64,000 bases of DNA from Cyanobium sp. (GCA_044345855.1 JBIJAG010000002.1:60715-124714); one strand, 5' to 3'. Shown: positions 12,779 to 24,145, counted from the stretch's first letter. Numbers and translations are program-made. The notes: a model not told the origin generated them from the sequence alone.

Positions 12779-14095
12779 GTGAATTCAGCCACTGCCCTGA
12801 ACGGCTTTTCTTGGGATCAGGTCCTTGTTGATGCCGCGGCAATGGCCCCGGCCCTGCAGGCGTCCCTTCTGGTCTGGTGGGAGCTGCACGGCCGACGCGG
12901 CCTCGAACAGAAACCCTGGATGGTCACTGCAGCCGGCCGCTGGCCTAAGGGCGGCGAGGCGCTCGATCCCTATGGCGTGTTCGTGGCCGAGGTGATGCTG
13001 CAGCAGACCCAGCTGGCGGTGGTGCTCCCCTATTGGCGGCGCTGGATGGAGGCCTTCCCGGATCTCGGAGCCCTGGCCGCCGCCGATGAGCAGCGGCGGC
13101 TGCTGCTCTGGCAGGGCCTCGGCTACTACTCCCGCGCCCGGCGCTTGCATCAAGCGGCCCGGCAGCTGCTCTCAGGCCCAAGCGAAGACCGGAAGCCGGC
13201 CCCCAATCCGAGCGAGCGCCTGGGCCCGAATTCCGGCTTGCCGGCGGCACCGGATTTTGGTGGATTTGGTCTGTGGCCCCCAACCCTGGCGGGCTGGCAG
13301 GCCCTGCCGGGCCTGGGTCGCAGTACGGCGGCGAGCATCCTTTCCTCAGCCTTCGATCAGCCGCAGGCGATCCTCGATGGCAATGTGAAGCGGGTGCTGG
13401 CGCGGTTGATCGCCGCCCCTGCGCCGCCGGCGCGGCAGCTCGCCGGCTTTTGGTGGCTCAGCGAGGCAATTCTGGATCAGGGGCGGCCCCGCTCCTTCAA
13501 TCAGGCCGTGATGGACCTGGGCGCCACGGTCTGCACGCCCCGCAATCCCCGCTGTGGCGATTGCCCCTGGCGGGGCTGGTGCGCTGCCTACGCTGCCGGC
13601 GATCCCGCCCGCTACCCCGTGAAGGAAGCTCCCCGCAGCGTGCCCTTTCAGGTGATCGGGGTGGGGGTGGTGTTCGATAACGCCGGCCGGGTGTTGATCG
13701 ATCAGCGGCTCGAGGAGGGCCTGCTCGGCGGCCTCTGGGAGTTCCCCGGCGGCAAGCAGGAGGAGGGGGAGGCGATCACCGCCACGATCGAGCGGGAGCT
13801 GGCCGAGGAGTTGGCGATCACGGTGGAGGTGGGCGAGGAGCTGATCAGCCTGGAGCATGCCTACAGCCACAAGCGCCTCCGGTTTGTGGTGCATCTCTGC
13901 CGCTGGCAGGCAGGCGAGCCGCAGCCGCTGGCGTCCCAGCAGGTGCGCTGGGTGGAGCCGGCTGAGCTGGATGCCTATCCCTTCCCGGCCGCCAATGCCC
14001 GCATCATTGCGGCCTTGCGGCTGCGGCTTGCTGAGCTTGCCGCCCCTGAAGACACCGGGCGGGCCCAGCCTGGAGGGAGTCGTTCGGCCGCTTGA
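12779..14095 (+). CDS. mutY: A/G-specific adenine DNA glycosylase
   Basis: YGVFVAEVMLQQTQ, LGYYSRARRLHQAA, an HhH region, an Fe-S cluster CTPRNPRCGDCPWRGWC, and a C-terminal Nudix-like domain (GLWEFPGGKQEEGE). GTG start at 12779. Contains a low-complexity insertion. Confidence 0.85.
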   Translation: MNSATALNGFSWDQVLVDAAAMAPALQASLLVWWELHGRRGLEQKPWMVTAAGRWPKGGEALDPYGVFVAEVMLQQTQLAVVLPYWRRWMEAFPDLGALAAADEQRRLLLWQGLGYYSRARRLHQAARQLLSGPSEDRKPAPNPSERLGPNSGLPAAPDFGGFGLWPPTLAGWQALPGLGRSTAASILSSAFDQPQAILDGNVKRVLARLIAAPAPPARQLAGFWWLSEAILDQGRPRSFNQAVMDLGATVCTPRNPRCGDCPWRGWCAAYAAGDPARYPVKEAPRSVPFQVIGVGVVFDNAGRVLIDQRLEEGLLGGLWEFPGGKQEEGEAITATIERELAEELAITVEVGEELISLEHAYSHKRLRFVVHLCRWQAGEPQPLASQQVRWVEPAELDAYPFPAANARIIAALRLRLAELAAPEDTGRAQPGGSRSAA

Positions 14096-15324
14096 TGGGC
14101 AACCCCGCGCCACCCCAGGTGCTCTGCTTCGGCGAGGCCCTTGTGGATCGGTTACTGCCGGTGGGCGAGCCTCTGCCGGCACCAGGTTGTGGCGGTGGAC
14201 CGGAGCCGGGGGGGCGAACCCAGGCCGCGGAGGGCTTGGCGGACATCGCTGGTGAGGCCAGCCTGCAGGTGCCCGGCGATGGCGGGGACAGGCTTGGTGG
14301 TGCGCCTGCCAACGTGGCCTGTGCTCTGACCCGGTTGGGAACCCCTGCGGCCTTCCTGGGTCGCCTCGGCAGCGATGCGATCGGGGAAGCCTTTGAGATC
14401 CTTTTCGCCGAACGGGGCGTGGAGACCTCCGGCCTGCAGTGGGATGCGGAGCGTCCCAGCCGTGTGGTGCTCGTCCGCCGTGATGCGCATGGCGAAAGGA
14501 GTTTCGGTGGTTTTCTGGGAGATCGCGGCGCCGGTTTCGCCGACCAAGCCCTCGATGCCGAGGTGCTGCAGCAGGCCGCCGCTCCGCTGCTGGTACGAGC
14601 GCGCTGGCTGCTCTGCGGCAGCCTGCCATGGGCGTCCCTCCCGGCGGCATCGGCCCTTGAAGGGGTACTGGCCATGGTGGAGGCAGCCGGCCGCAGGGCG
14701 GATGCCGGGGCAACCGATGCCAGGCAATCGCGTGCCCAGGAATCGAGCTCGCGACGACCTCCTTTCCTGGCGGTGGATGTGAACTGGCGACCCACCTTCT
14801 GGGGGCTCCCCGCCGGCACTGCCCCCCCGGCAGCCGTTCAGGAGCGGATCCGCCCCTTGCTTGAGCGGGCCGCCCTGCTGAAGTGCGCCACCGAGGAAGC
14901 CCTTTGGTTCTTTGCCAGCGACGATCCCTCGGCCATCAGCTCAGCGCTGCCGGGCCGGCCCGCCGTGTGTGTGACCGATGGCCCTGCACCCTTGCGCTGG
15001 TTTCTGGGTGGGTGCTCCGGCCAGCTGGCGCCCTTCGCCATCGATGCCGTCGACACCACCGGGGCCGGGGACGCATTCATGGCGGGATTGCTGCATGGCC
15101 TCTGCCAGGCAGAGGCCGATCCCCACACCGTGGCCGAGCCGGAAGCCCTGCTGCGCTTTGCCGCCGCCTGCGGATCCTTGGTGTGCTGTGGAGCCGGGGC
15201 CATCGATCCCCAGCCCAGGGCCGCCGAAGTGGAGCGGTTTCTGGCAACTCGGGGAGGGGTGTCGATCTCAGCGGAGGATCACCCTGCCGTTGGGTGGGAG
15301 GCCTGCTCCTCTGGAGCAGGTTGA
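14092..15324 (+). CDS. PfkB-family carbohydrate kinase (fructokinase-like)
   Basis: VLCFGEALVDRL, GGAPANVACALTRLG and DTTGAGDAFMAGLL motifs. ATGA overlap with the mutY stop. Confidence 0.8.
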   Translation: MMGNPAPPQVLCFGEALVDRLLPVGEPLPAPGCGGGPEPGGRTQAAEGLADIAGEASLQVPGDGGDRLGGAPANVACALTRLGTPAAFLGRLGSDAIGEAFEILFAERGVETSGLQWDAERPSRVVLVRRDAHGERSFGGFLGDRGAGFADQALDAEVLQQAAAPLLVRARWLLCGSLPWASLPAASALEGVLAMVEAAGRRADAGATDARQSRAQESSSRRPPFLAVDVNWRPTFWGLPAGTAPPAAVQERIRPLLERAALLKCATEEALWFFASDDPSAISSALPGRPAVCVTDGPAPLRWFLGGCSGQLAPFAIDAVDTTGAGDAFMAGLLHGLCQAEADPHTVAEPEALLRFAAACGSLVCCGAGAIDPQPRAAEVERFLATRGGVSISAEDHPAVGWEACSSGAG

Positions 15325-15890
15325 ACATCTTCGGTGGGTTCGCCTGTCTCAAGGGGAGGTGCAGGCGGCAGCCAGTGCACCCTTCTTCCGCTGCCCCTGT
15401 GCTCCAGCCGCATCCGCCAGGCCTCCAGGGGAAGGAAGCTGAGCCGCTCGGGCCATTCCACCGCCAGCACCACCCCCACGCCGGCCATTCCTTCCACGCC
15501 GGTGGATTCCCACGCCTGCGCAGCACCTTCGCCCCCCCTTGCCACCGCCGCCGCTTCCTCCTCCTCCTGGGCGAACAGCTCATCAGCGGCAGGGCCCGCT
15601 TCCAACCGGTACAGATCCAGATGCACCAGTCGGGTGGTTGTGCCCTCGGGCAGGCGGCCTTCGTAGTGCTGGGCCAGGGCGAAGGTGGGGCTGGTGATCG
15701 GTTCGGCGATGCCGAGCCCCTCGGCCAGGCCCTGCACCAGGCAGGTCTTGCCGGCGCCCAGGTCGCCCTGCAGCAGCAGCAGGGCGGGGCCCGCCGCCGG
15801 ATGACGCAGCAGGTCGGCCGCCAGGCGCCGGCCCAGGTCCTGGGTGGCGGCGGCATCGGCCAGATCGCAGGTGTGCTCAACCCCAACCAT
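15279..15890 (-). CDS. tsaE: tRNA threonylcarbamoyladenosine biosynthesis ATPase TsaE
   Basis: LLLLQGDLGAGKTCLVQGLAEGLGI...ITSPTFALAQHYEG...LVHLDLYRLE. Has a C-terminal extension. The 3' end overlaps the convergent kinase gene by 46 bp. Confidence 0.85.
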   Translation of the reverse strand: MVGVEHTCDLADAAATQDLGRRLAADLLRHPAAGPALLLLQGDLGAGKTCLVQGLAEGLGIAEPITSPTFALAQHYEGRLPEGTTTRLVHLDLYRLEAGPAADELFAQEEEEAAAVARGGEGAAQAWESTGVEGMAGVGVVLAVEWPERLSFLPLEAWRMRLEHRGSGRRVHWLPPAPPLETGEPTEDVQPAPEEQASHPTAG

Positions 15891-16174
15891 GGGCCCTCCT
15901 CCGGGATTGCTGCTGCCCCAGCCTGACGTGGATCCACGGCTTCCCTAGCTGTGTAGGGGTGGGATCCGCGCTTGTGGTCTGCGCTCTTGGCGTGCGGCTG
16001 ATCAGGCCGGCGCTGGTCTCGGCCTGGGACGCGCCTCTGAGACTGGCACTGGAGGCGGCACAGCGACCTTCATGATCCCTGTAGATTTGCTGCCAAGCGA
16101 GCCCGAAGCCTCGGCGTCTCCGCAGAACTTCCCAGACAACCCATTCGTCCTCCCAGTCGGGAGTGTCCGTAACC

Positions 16175-17623
<1,449 letters not shown>

Positions 17624-17711
17624 GTCTCTGCCGATTCGGTCCGGACCAGCAGCGTTGATTCGGACCCCCCATCCGTCTCTTTCTTGTTCCTCCGCTCCTT
17701 CCTTGCCCACG

Positions 17712-17741
17712 CCGACCTCCGAGAGGGGGTCGGTTTTTTTT
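17712..17741 (+). terminator. Intrinsic terminator after ahcY
   Basis: 9-bp stem CCGACCTCC/GGGGGTCGG with a GAGA loop, followed by T8 (17734-17741). Confidence 0.75.
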
Positions 17742-17826
17742 GGCGAGCAGCCGATGCATGCTCCCGGCATCGTTCTGATTAAGCGCCGACCATGGAAGAC
17801 TGGCGCCGATCATTCGCCCCTCAGCC

Positions 17827-18483
17827 TTGGCCCTCGAACTGGTCCAGAAGCTTCCTGAGCTGATCGGCTCCGCGGTGGAGGCGAATCCAGCGTCTGGCTA
17901 TGCCGCCATCTTCGCGGCGATGTTCCTGGAGAACCTGTTCCCGCCGATTCCCTCCGAGCTGATCATGCCCCTGGGAGGCTTCTATGTGCGCGGCGGCCAG
18001 CTCGCCCTGGTGCCGGTGGTGTTGGCCGGGCTGCTGGGCACGGTGCTGGGGGCCCTGCCCTGGTATGGGATCGGGCGGCTGGTGAACGAACAGCGGCTGG
18101 AGCGCTGGCTGGAGCGCCATGGCCGCTGGATCGGTATCAGCCCCCAGGAGCTGAAGCGCAGCCGCACCTGGTTCAACCGCCATGGCACCGCCCTGGTCTT
18201 CTGGGGGCGGCTGATCCCTGGCATCCGCACCCTGATCTCGGTGCCGGCCGGCATCGAGATGATGCCGTTCGTGCCTTTCCTGATCTGGACGACGGCCGGC
18301 AGTCTGATCTGGACCCTGCTGTTGACCTTGGCGGGCTTCGGGCTTGGTGAGGCCTACACCAACGTGGAGGTGTGGCTTGATCCGGTGACCAAGGTGATCA
18401 AGGTGCTGCTGGTGCTCGCCGTGCTCGGCTTCGGGGTGTGGCTTGGGCTGCGCACCTGGAAGAAGCGGCAGGACAGCCACTGA
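17827..18483 (+). CDS. DedA-family membrane protein
   Basis: AAIFAAMFLENLFPPIPSELIMPLGG and GRLIPGIRTLISVPAG motifs, with multiple TM segments. Apparent TTG start at 17827 (uncertain). Confidence 0.8.
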   Translation: MALELVQKLPELIGSAVEANPASGYAAIFAAMFLENLFPPIPSELIMPLGGFYVRGGQLALVPVVLAGLLGTVLGALPWYGIGRLVNEQRLERWLERHGRWIGISPQELKRSRTWFNRHGTALVFWGRLIPGIRTLISVPAGIEMMPFVPFLIWTTAGSLIWTLLLTLAGFGLGEAYTNVEVWLDPVTKVIKVLLVLAVLGFGVWLGLRTWKKRQDSH

Positions 18484-18550
18484 GGCTTGGGTTTCGGGGA
18501 GGTCTTCCTGCCCGGCCCGGCTGGTAGGGCGTCTCGCCACTCCCAAAGCA

Positions 18551-18578
18551 AAAGGGGCGCCCCGCGAAGGACGCCCCT
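18551..18578 (-). terminator. Probable terminator hairpin downstream of ssb
   Basis: On the minus strand, GGGGCG...CGCCCC stem followed by UUUU (plus-strand AAAA at 18551-18554). The U-tract is short. Confidence 0.4.
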
Positions 18579-18687
18579 GGTGGCTTCGTGCCACTTGATA
18601 GCCCGGCTGCGCCACTGGCACAAGTCCGGCGGCTCTCTTGGCTGTTCAGCGGGCCTCTTTCCTGGGGCTGTTAGGGCCTGGCGCCGC

Positions 18688-19080
18688 TCAGAACGGCACC
18701 TCCTCGTCGCTGGGCTCGCCGCCGCCAAAGCCGCCACCGCCAAAGCTGCCGCCGGCCTCGGCATCACGCTTGCTGCCCAGCAGCTCGAGCCGGTCGACTC
18801 GGATCACCGGTTTGCTGCGCTCCTCGCCGGAGCTCTTGTCGGTCCAGCGGTCGAGCTTGAAGGAGCCGATGATGCCCAGCAGGGAGCCCTTGCGGACGTA
18901 GTCGGCCGCCACCTGGGCCTGCTTGCCCCAGATCTCGAGGTTGAACCAGTCGGGCTCGTCGCCCGAGCTGCGGCGGTTGACCGCCAGGGTGAGGTTGGCC
19001 ACCATGCTGCCGGATTCGAAGTAGCGGACTTCGGGATCGCGGCCGGCCCGGCCGACCAGGGTGATGGAGTTGACGCCCAT
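18688..19080 (-). CDS. ssb: Single-stranded DNA-binding protein
   Basis: MGVNSITLVGRAGRDPEVRYFESGSMVANLTLAVNR...WFNLEIWGKQAQVAADYVRKG, a Gly-rich linker and the acidic tail DEEVPF. Only the C-terminal 130 codons of the 496-aa ORF-track entry are used. Confidence 0.9.
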   Translation of the reverse strand: MGVNSITLVGRAGRDPEVRYFESGSMVANLTLAVNRRSSGDEPDWFNLEIWGKQAQVAADYVRKGSLLGIIGSFKLDRWTDKSSGEERSKPVIRVDRLELLGSKRDAEAGGSFGGGGFGGGEPSDEEVPF

Positions 19081-19245
19081 AGGAGTGGATGGAAACGGTT
19101 GGATCAATGATGCGGCACCCCCTGGCTGGAGGAGCCACGCTTCATTCGTTCCACCGGCTGTCTCAACCCTTCTCCGCTGTCGGCCGACACTGGGGAGCAT
19201 GCCGAGGTGCCCCCTATGATCCGCCTTCTGCCCCCAGCCGTTCCC

Positions 19246-20292
19246 GTGTTCTTCCGTCGCTTCCAGTTCTCCCGTGATATCGGCATCGATCTGGGCACAG
19301 CGAACACCCTGATGTACGTGTCGGGCAAGGGGATCGTGCTCCAGGAGCCCTCGGTGGTGGCCATCGACCTGGAGCGCAACGTTCCCATGGCCGTGGGTAA
19401 TGAAGCCAAATTGATGCTCGGCCGCACCCCCGGCAACATTCGGGCCGTGCGGCCCCTGCGCGATGGCGTGATCGCCGACTTCGACGCCGCCGAGCAGATG
19501 ATCAAGACCTTTATCCAGAAGGGCAACGAGGGCCGCGGCGTGATCGCCCCCAGGCTGGTGATCGGTATCCCCAGCGGTGTCACCGGCGTCGAGCGCCGCG
19601 CCGTGCGGGATGCCGGCCTGGCCGGCGCCAAGCAGGTGCATCTGATCGATGAGCCGGTGGCGGCGGCGATCGGCGCTGGTCTGCCGGTCACCGAGCCCGT
19701 GGGCACCATGATGGTGGACATCGGTGGCGGCACCACCGAGGTGGCGGTGCTCAGCCTTGGTGGCACCGTGCTGAGCGAGTCGGTGCGGGTGGCGGGCGAT
19801 GAGCTCAGCGATGCGATCGGCGTCTACCTCAAGAAGGTGCACAACCTCGTGGTGGGGGAGCGCACCGCCGAGGACATCAAGATCCGCATCGGCTCTGCCT
19901 TCCCCGACAACGAGCACGACGAGACCTCCCTGGATGTGAGGGGTCTGCATCTCCTCTCCGGTCTGCCCCGCACGATCAATGTGCGCGCCGGTGACATCCG
20001 CGAAGCCATGGCCGAACCCCTCAACGTGATCGTGGAGGCCGTGAAGCGCACCCTTGAGCGCACCCCGCCCGAGCTGGCGGCGGACATCGTGGATCGCGGC
20101 ATCATGCTCGCCGGCGGCGGTGCCATGGTGCGCGGCATCTGCGATCTCATCAGCCACGAGACCGGCATCCTCACCCACGTGGCCGAGGATCCCCTGCTCT
20201 GCGTGGTGAATGGCTGCGGCATGGTGCTCGAGGACTACAAGCGTCTGGAGCGCGTGCTCGACACTCCCGACTTCGCCCGTCAGTACACCTGA
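19246..20292 (+). CDS. mreB: Rod shape-determining protein MreB
   Basis: DIGIDLGTANTLMYVSGKGIVLQEPSVVAI, LVIGIPSGVTGVERRAV and MVDIGGGTTEVAVLSLGG. GTG at 19246 gives a typical length; an alternative start lies at 19207. Confidence 0.93.
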   Translation: MFFRRFQFSRDIGIDLGTANTLMYVSGKGIVLQEPSVVAIDLERNVPMAVGNEAKLMLGRTPGNIRAVRPLRDGVIADFDAAEQMIKTFIQKGNEGRGVIAPRLVIGIPSGVTGVERRAVRDAGLAGAKQVHLIDEPVAAAIGAGLPVTEPVGTMMVDIGGGTTEVAVLSLGGTVLSESVRVAGDELSDAIGVYLKKVHNLVVGERTAEDIKIRIGSAFPDNEHDETSLDVRGLHLLSGLPRTINVRAGDIREAMAEPLNVIVEAVKRTLERTPPELAADIVDRGIMLAGGGAMVRGICDLISHETGILTHVAEDPLLCVVNGCGMVLEDYKRLERVLDTPDFARQYT

Positions 20293-20297
20293 AGCCG

Positions 20298-21038
20298 ATG
20301 CCGGCGCCCCGCTGGCTCCGTTCCCTGGCCCTGCCTTCCCTGCTCCAGGCCTGGCCCTGGCTGCTGGTGGCGCTGGCCCTCCTTGGCGTGCGCCTGAGCA
20401 AGGGGGCAGGCCTGGCCGATGCCTATGCCCTGCTCAGCCGTCCCTTCTGGCCTGGCACGGCCCAGGCCGAGTGGCTTCGCTCGGCCCGCCGCTTCGAGGA
20501 CACGGCCCGCATCGGTGCCCTGGAGGCCGAGAACGCTCGCCTGCGGGGCTTGATCGGTCTGCAGCAGGCCAGCCCGAAGCGGCTCACGGCACCGGTGATC
20601 GCCCGCGAGCCGGCCGGCTGGTGGCAGACCCTGCTGCTGGGCCGCGGATCGCTGCAGGGGGTGGCCGAGGGCCAGGCGGTGCTGGCTCCTGGCGGGCTGA
20701 TCGGCCTGGTGAGCTCCGTGACCCCGAGCACCGCCCGAGTCACCCTGCTCACCGATCCGGCCAGTCGGGTGGGGGTGTGGGTGGGCCGCACCCGCCACCA
20801 TGGCCTGCTCACGGGCCTGGGCACGCCTCGGCCCGTGGTGCGTTTCCTCGAGAAGGAACCGGGTGTCGTGCCCGGTGATGTGGTCACCACCTCCCCCGCC
20901 AGCACCCTGGTGCCGCCGGATCTGCCGGTGGGGGTGATCCAGTCGGTCGATGCGGGTGCCGATCCCGCGCCGGAGGCGGTGGTACAGCTGGCGGCACCGG
21001 TCGGTTCGGTCGACTGGGTGCAGCTGCTGGCGCGCTGA
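20298..21038 (+). CDS. mreC: Rod shape-determining protein MreC
   Basis: Lies directly after mreB. N-terminal TM, a coiled coil (LEAENARLRGLIGL), then beta-rich domains (GQAVLAPGGLIGLVSSVTPSTARVTLLTD, PGDVVTTS). Confidence 0.8.
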   Translation: MPAPRWLRSLALPSLLQAWPWLLVALALLGVRLSKGAGLADAYALLSRPFWPGTAQAEWLRSARRFEDTARIGALEAENARLRGLIGLQQASPKRLTAPVIAREPAGWWQTLLLGRGSLQGVAEGQAVLAPGGLIGLVSSVTPSTARVTLLTDPASRVGVWVGRTRHHGLLTGLGTPRPVVRFLEKEPGVVPGDVVTTSPASTLVPPDLPVGVIQSVDAGADPAPEAVVQLAAPVGSVDWVQLLAR

Positions 21039-21619
21039 TGGCCCTGTTCTCCCGCCACCCCTGGTTCGCCGCTTCGCTCCTGCTGGTTCCCGTGCTGACC
21101 CTGGCTGCTCCTGGCTGGCCCCGGCTGGCCGGGGTGGGGCCCTGCTGGGCCATCCTCTGGCTGCTGCCCTGGGCCCTAGCCGAGGGACCCCTCTCGGCGA
21201 TTATTGCCGGTGCCATCCTGGGGTTGCTGCTGGATTCCCTTCATCACGGCGGCGTGAGTGAGATGCCGGCCCTGATGTTGCTGGGCTGGTGGTGGGGGCG
21301 GATCGGCCGACTGGGGGCGCCGGTGGAACGCAGCTTCAGCCTGGGGCTGCTGGCCCTGCTGGGCACCCTGGGGCTCGATCTGTCGCTGATGCTGCAGTGG
21401 GCCCTGCGTAGCGGCCTGGGGGCCGGCAGTCACCTCCCCGGCGGAGCGATCGATCCGGCCACGCTGGCCCAGCCCGGCTGGCATCTTGATGACCTGGCCG
21501 GTGCCGGTCTGCATGTCCTGCTGGCCCGCACCCTGCTCACCGCCCTCCTGGCCCCGGTGCTCTGCTCCCTCCAGCTCCTGCTGTGGCGGCAGCAGGGTGG
21601 CGGCGTCGGGCGGCGCTGA
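21038..21619 (+). CDS. mreD: Rod shape-determining protein MreD
   Basis: ATGA overlap with mreC. Small and very hydrophobic, with about 5 TM segments, in the canonical mreBCD position. Confidence 0.65.
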   Translation: MALFSRHPWFAASLLLVPVLTLAAPGWPRLAGVGPCWAILWLLPWALAEGPLSAIIAGAILGLLLDSLHHGGVSEMPALMLLGWWWGRIGRLGAPVERSFSLGLLALLGTLGLDLSLMLQWALRSGLGAGSHLPGGAIDPATLAQPGWHLDDLAGAGLHVLLARTLLTALLAPVLCSLQLLLWRQQGGGVGRR

Positions 21620-21630
21620 GGGAGGACCCC

Positions 21631-23028
21631 ATGCAGCGGCGCTTTCCGATCCAGCTCCGCCGGACACACCTGGGCGTTCGGCGGGGCCCGCAGGGTCTGC
21701 GGCCTGGTCCAGCCGCCGGTGTTGTGCGGGTCCTGGGGGGGGTGTCCCTGGTGCTCCTGCTCGCCTGCGGGGGATGTGGCCGGGGCACGGCACCCGCAGG
21801 CGCTCCCCGGCCCCGTCAGCTCACGGTCTGGACCCTCGATCTGGCTCCCCGGTTCTCGCCCTACATGGGCCGCGTCATCGCGGCCTGGGAGCGGGCCCAC
21901 CCGGGGGTGTCGGTGCGTTGGATCGATGTTCCCTGGAGTTCGGTGGAGCGCAAGCTGCTGGCTGCGGTCTTCGCCCGCACCGCCCCCGACCTGGTGAATC
22001 TCAACCCTCCCTTCGCGGCCAACTTGGCCAACAAGGGGGGCCTGCTCAATCTGGCCACGGTGCTGCCCCCCGAGGCCGCCGGGCTCTACCTACCCGAGGT
22101 GTGGCAGGCCGGCCGGCAGGGGGATCTGCAGTTCGCCATTCCCTGGTACCTCACCACCCGTGTGACCCTGGCCAACCGGAAGCTGCTCCAGCAGGCCGGC
22201 TACACAGCACCGCCCCGCCGCTGGGACCAGATTCCCGCCTACGCCGAGGCCATCAAGCGCCGCACCGGTCGCTATGCCCTCTTCGTGACCGTGGTGCCGG
22301 ATGACTCCGCCGAGTTGTTGGAGACCCTCGTGCAGATGGAGGTGCGCCTGCTCGACGCCAACCATCGCGCGGCCTTCAACAGTGCCGCTGGTCGGCGGGC
22401 CTTCGCCTTCTGGACCGATCTCTACCGCCGTGGCCTATTGCCCCCCGAGGTGGTGAGCCAGGGCTATCGCCGCGCCATTGAGCTCTACCAGGCGGGCGAT
22501 CTGGCCCAGGTGGCCAGTGGTCCCGATTTTCTGCGCAACCTGCAGACCAACGCCCCCGGCATCGCGGCGCTGACCGCCCCCTTTCCCCCCCTGGTGGGCC
22601 CAGGCGGCCAGACCAACGTGGCGGTGATGAACCTGGTGGTGCCGCGCCAGAGCACCATGGCCCCCGAGGCCACCAGCTTCGCCCTGTTCCTCACCAATGC
22701 CGCCAATCAACTGGACTTTGCCCGCGAAGCACGGGTGCTCCCCTCCTCGCGGGCGGCCCTGAAGGGGCTGGAGCAGGATCTCGCCGTTGCGGTGGATGAT
22801 CCGGCCGCCGAACGGCAGGAGGCGCTGGTCAGGCAGGCCCGCGCCCTATCCGTGCGCAACCTGGATCAGGCTCGCGTTCTGGTGCCGGCCACCCCGGGCA
22901 TCAAGCGGCTGCAGGCGATTCTCTACACCCAGCTGCAGCGCGCCATGCTGGGCCAGATCGGCAGCGATGCGGCCCTGGCCGAGGCGGAACGGCAGTGGAA
23001 CCGTTACGCCGAAGCCCGCTGGCCCTGA
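21631..23028 (+). CDS. ABC transporter sugar/solute-binding protein (family 1)
   Basis: GGAGGA precedes the ATG at 21631. Signal/lipobox-like LLLACGGCG. Family-1 SBP features (WIDVPWSSVERKLLAA, IPWYLTTRV). Confidence 0.8.
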   Translation: MQRRFPIQLRRTHLGVRRGPQGLRPGPAAGVVRVLGGVSLVLLLACGGCGRGTAPAGAPRPRQLTVWTLDLAPRFSPYMGRVIAAWERAHPGVSVRWIDVPWSSVERKLLAAVFARTAPDLVNLNPPFAANLANKGGLLNLATVLPPEAAGLYLPEVWQAGRQGDLQFAIPWYLTTRVTLANRKLLQQAGYTAPPRRWDQIPAYAEAIKRRTGRYALFVTVVPDDSAELLETLVQMEVRLLDANHRAAFNSAAGRRAFAFWTDLYRRGLLPPEVVSQGYRRAIELYQAGDLAQVASGPDFLRNLQTNAPGIAALTAPFPPLVGPGGQTNVAVMNLVVPRQSTMAPEATSFALFLTNAANQLDFAREARVLPSSRAALKGLEQDLAVAVDDPAAERQEALVRQARALSVRNLDQARVLVPATPGIKRLQAILYTQLQRAMLGQIGSDAALAEAERQWNRYAEARWP

Positions 23029-23179
23029 GTGCGGCTGAGGAAACCCCGGCAGGCAATCCGTAGAAAAGCTTAAATCTCTCAGATCTCTTGCCCTGGCGCC
23101 GATCCGGGGGGGTGACCCGGACCGCCGCCTGAGGGTATGGTTGCGATTCTTCATTGCTGTGTCCTTCGACACGCCACCC

Positions 23180-24073
23180 ATGTCCCTTTCCCTGGAGGAC
23201 AAGCCCGCGCAGCCGCTGCCCACGGGCCTGGCTCCCGATCACGGGCTTGGGGTGGACGCCTCCGAGGACAGCAATGGTCTGGCTTCCGATGGCGGAGATT
23301 CCGCCAGTCCCGCTGATGGCGGTGGCGACCAGCGCGCCACCCTGCTGGTGGTCGACGATGAATCCGCCGTGCGCCGCGTGCTGGCGATGCGCCTGCAGCT
23401 GGCCGGCTACCGGGTGATCTGCGCGGAGGATGGTGAGGAGGCCCTGAGCCTGTATCACCGGGAGCAGCCCGATCTGGTGGTGCTCGACGTGATGCTGCCC
23501 AAGCTGGATGGCTTCGCGGTGTGTCGCCGCCTGCGGGCCGAATCCTGCGTTCCGATCATCTTTCTTTCGGCTCTCGATGCCATCAGCGAGCGGGTGGCCG
23601 GCCTGGATCTCGGCGCCGACGACTATCTGCCCAAGCCGTTCAGTCCCAAGGAGCTGGAAGCCCGCATCGCCACCATCCTGCGGCGGGTCGGCCGCGGCTC
23701 GGCCACTGCCGAGCCCCGGGATGTTCCGAGCGGCAGTGGCGTGCTGCGGGTGGGGGACCTGGTGGTGGACACCAACCGCCGCCAGGTGACTCGCGATGGC
23801 CAACGCATCGCCCTCACCTACACCGAATTCAGCCTGCTCGAGCTCCTGTTCCGTGAACCTGGCCGAGTGGTGCCCCGGGCCGAGATTCTCGAGCAGCTGT
23901 GGGGCTATCCCCCCCGCCGCGCCGCCGACCTGCGGGTGGTGGATGTCTACGTGGCCCGCCTGCGCGGCAAACTTGAGCCCGATCCTCGCAACCCCGAGCT
24001 GATCCTCACGGTGCGTGGCACCGGCTACGCCTCCCAGCGGATGGCGGAAACGCCGATGGCCGCGGCGGGCTGA
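23180..24073 (+). CDS. OmpR-family two-component response regulator
   Basis: Receiver domain LLVVDDESAVRRVL...DLVVLDVMLPKLDGFAVC...LSALD...GADDYLPKPFSPKELEARI, plus a winged-helix C-terminus (LTYTEFSLLELL...VDVYVARLRGKLE...TVRGTGY). Has an N-terminal acidic extension. Confidence 0.88.
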   Translation: MSLSLEDKPAQPLPTGLAPDHGLGVDASEDSNGLASDGGDSASPADGGGDQRATLLVVDDESAVRRVLAMRLQLAGYRVICAEDGEEALSLYHREQPDLVVLDVMLPKLDGFAVCRRLRAESCVPIIFLSALDAISERVAGLDLGADDYLPKPFSPKELEARIATILRRVGRGSATAEPRDVPSGSGVLRVGDLVVDTNRRQVTRDGQRIALTYTEFSLLELLFREPGRVVPRAEILEQLWGYPPRRAADLRVVDVYVARLRGKLEPDPRNPELILTVRGTGYASQRMAETPMAAAG

Positions 24074-24112
24074 GGTTCGCTCCCGGAGCTCATCGCCCGA
24101 CGGACCCGGGAT

Positions 24113-24145
24113 CGACACCCTGGCGACACCCTGGCGACACCCTGA
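24113..24145. repeat. 11-bp tandem repeat x3 (CGACACCCTGG)
   Basis: cgacaccctgg cgacaccctgg cgacaccctga, read directly between the response regulator and lysS. Confidence 0.9.

Noticed and set aside
15891-16174. Possible SAH riboswitch in the 280-bp leader of ahcY
   Set aside because: I could not find the conserved SAH-element core or a convincing pseudoknot-forming structure. The ORF 15877-16191 on the minus strand also looks non-coding.
19081-20178. Upstream part of the 496-aa ORF that contains ssb
   Set aside because: It is antisense to mreB. Only the last 130 codons show SSB sequence.
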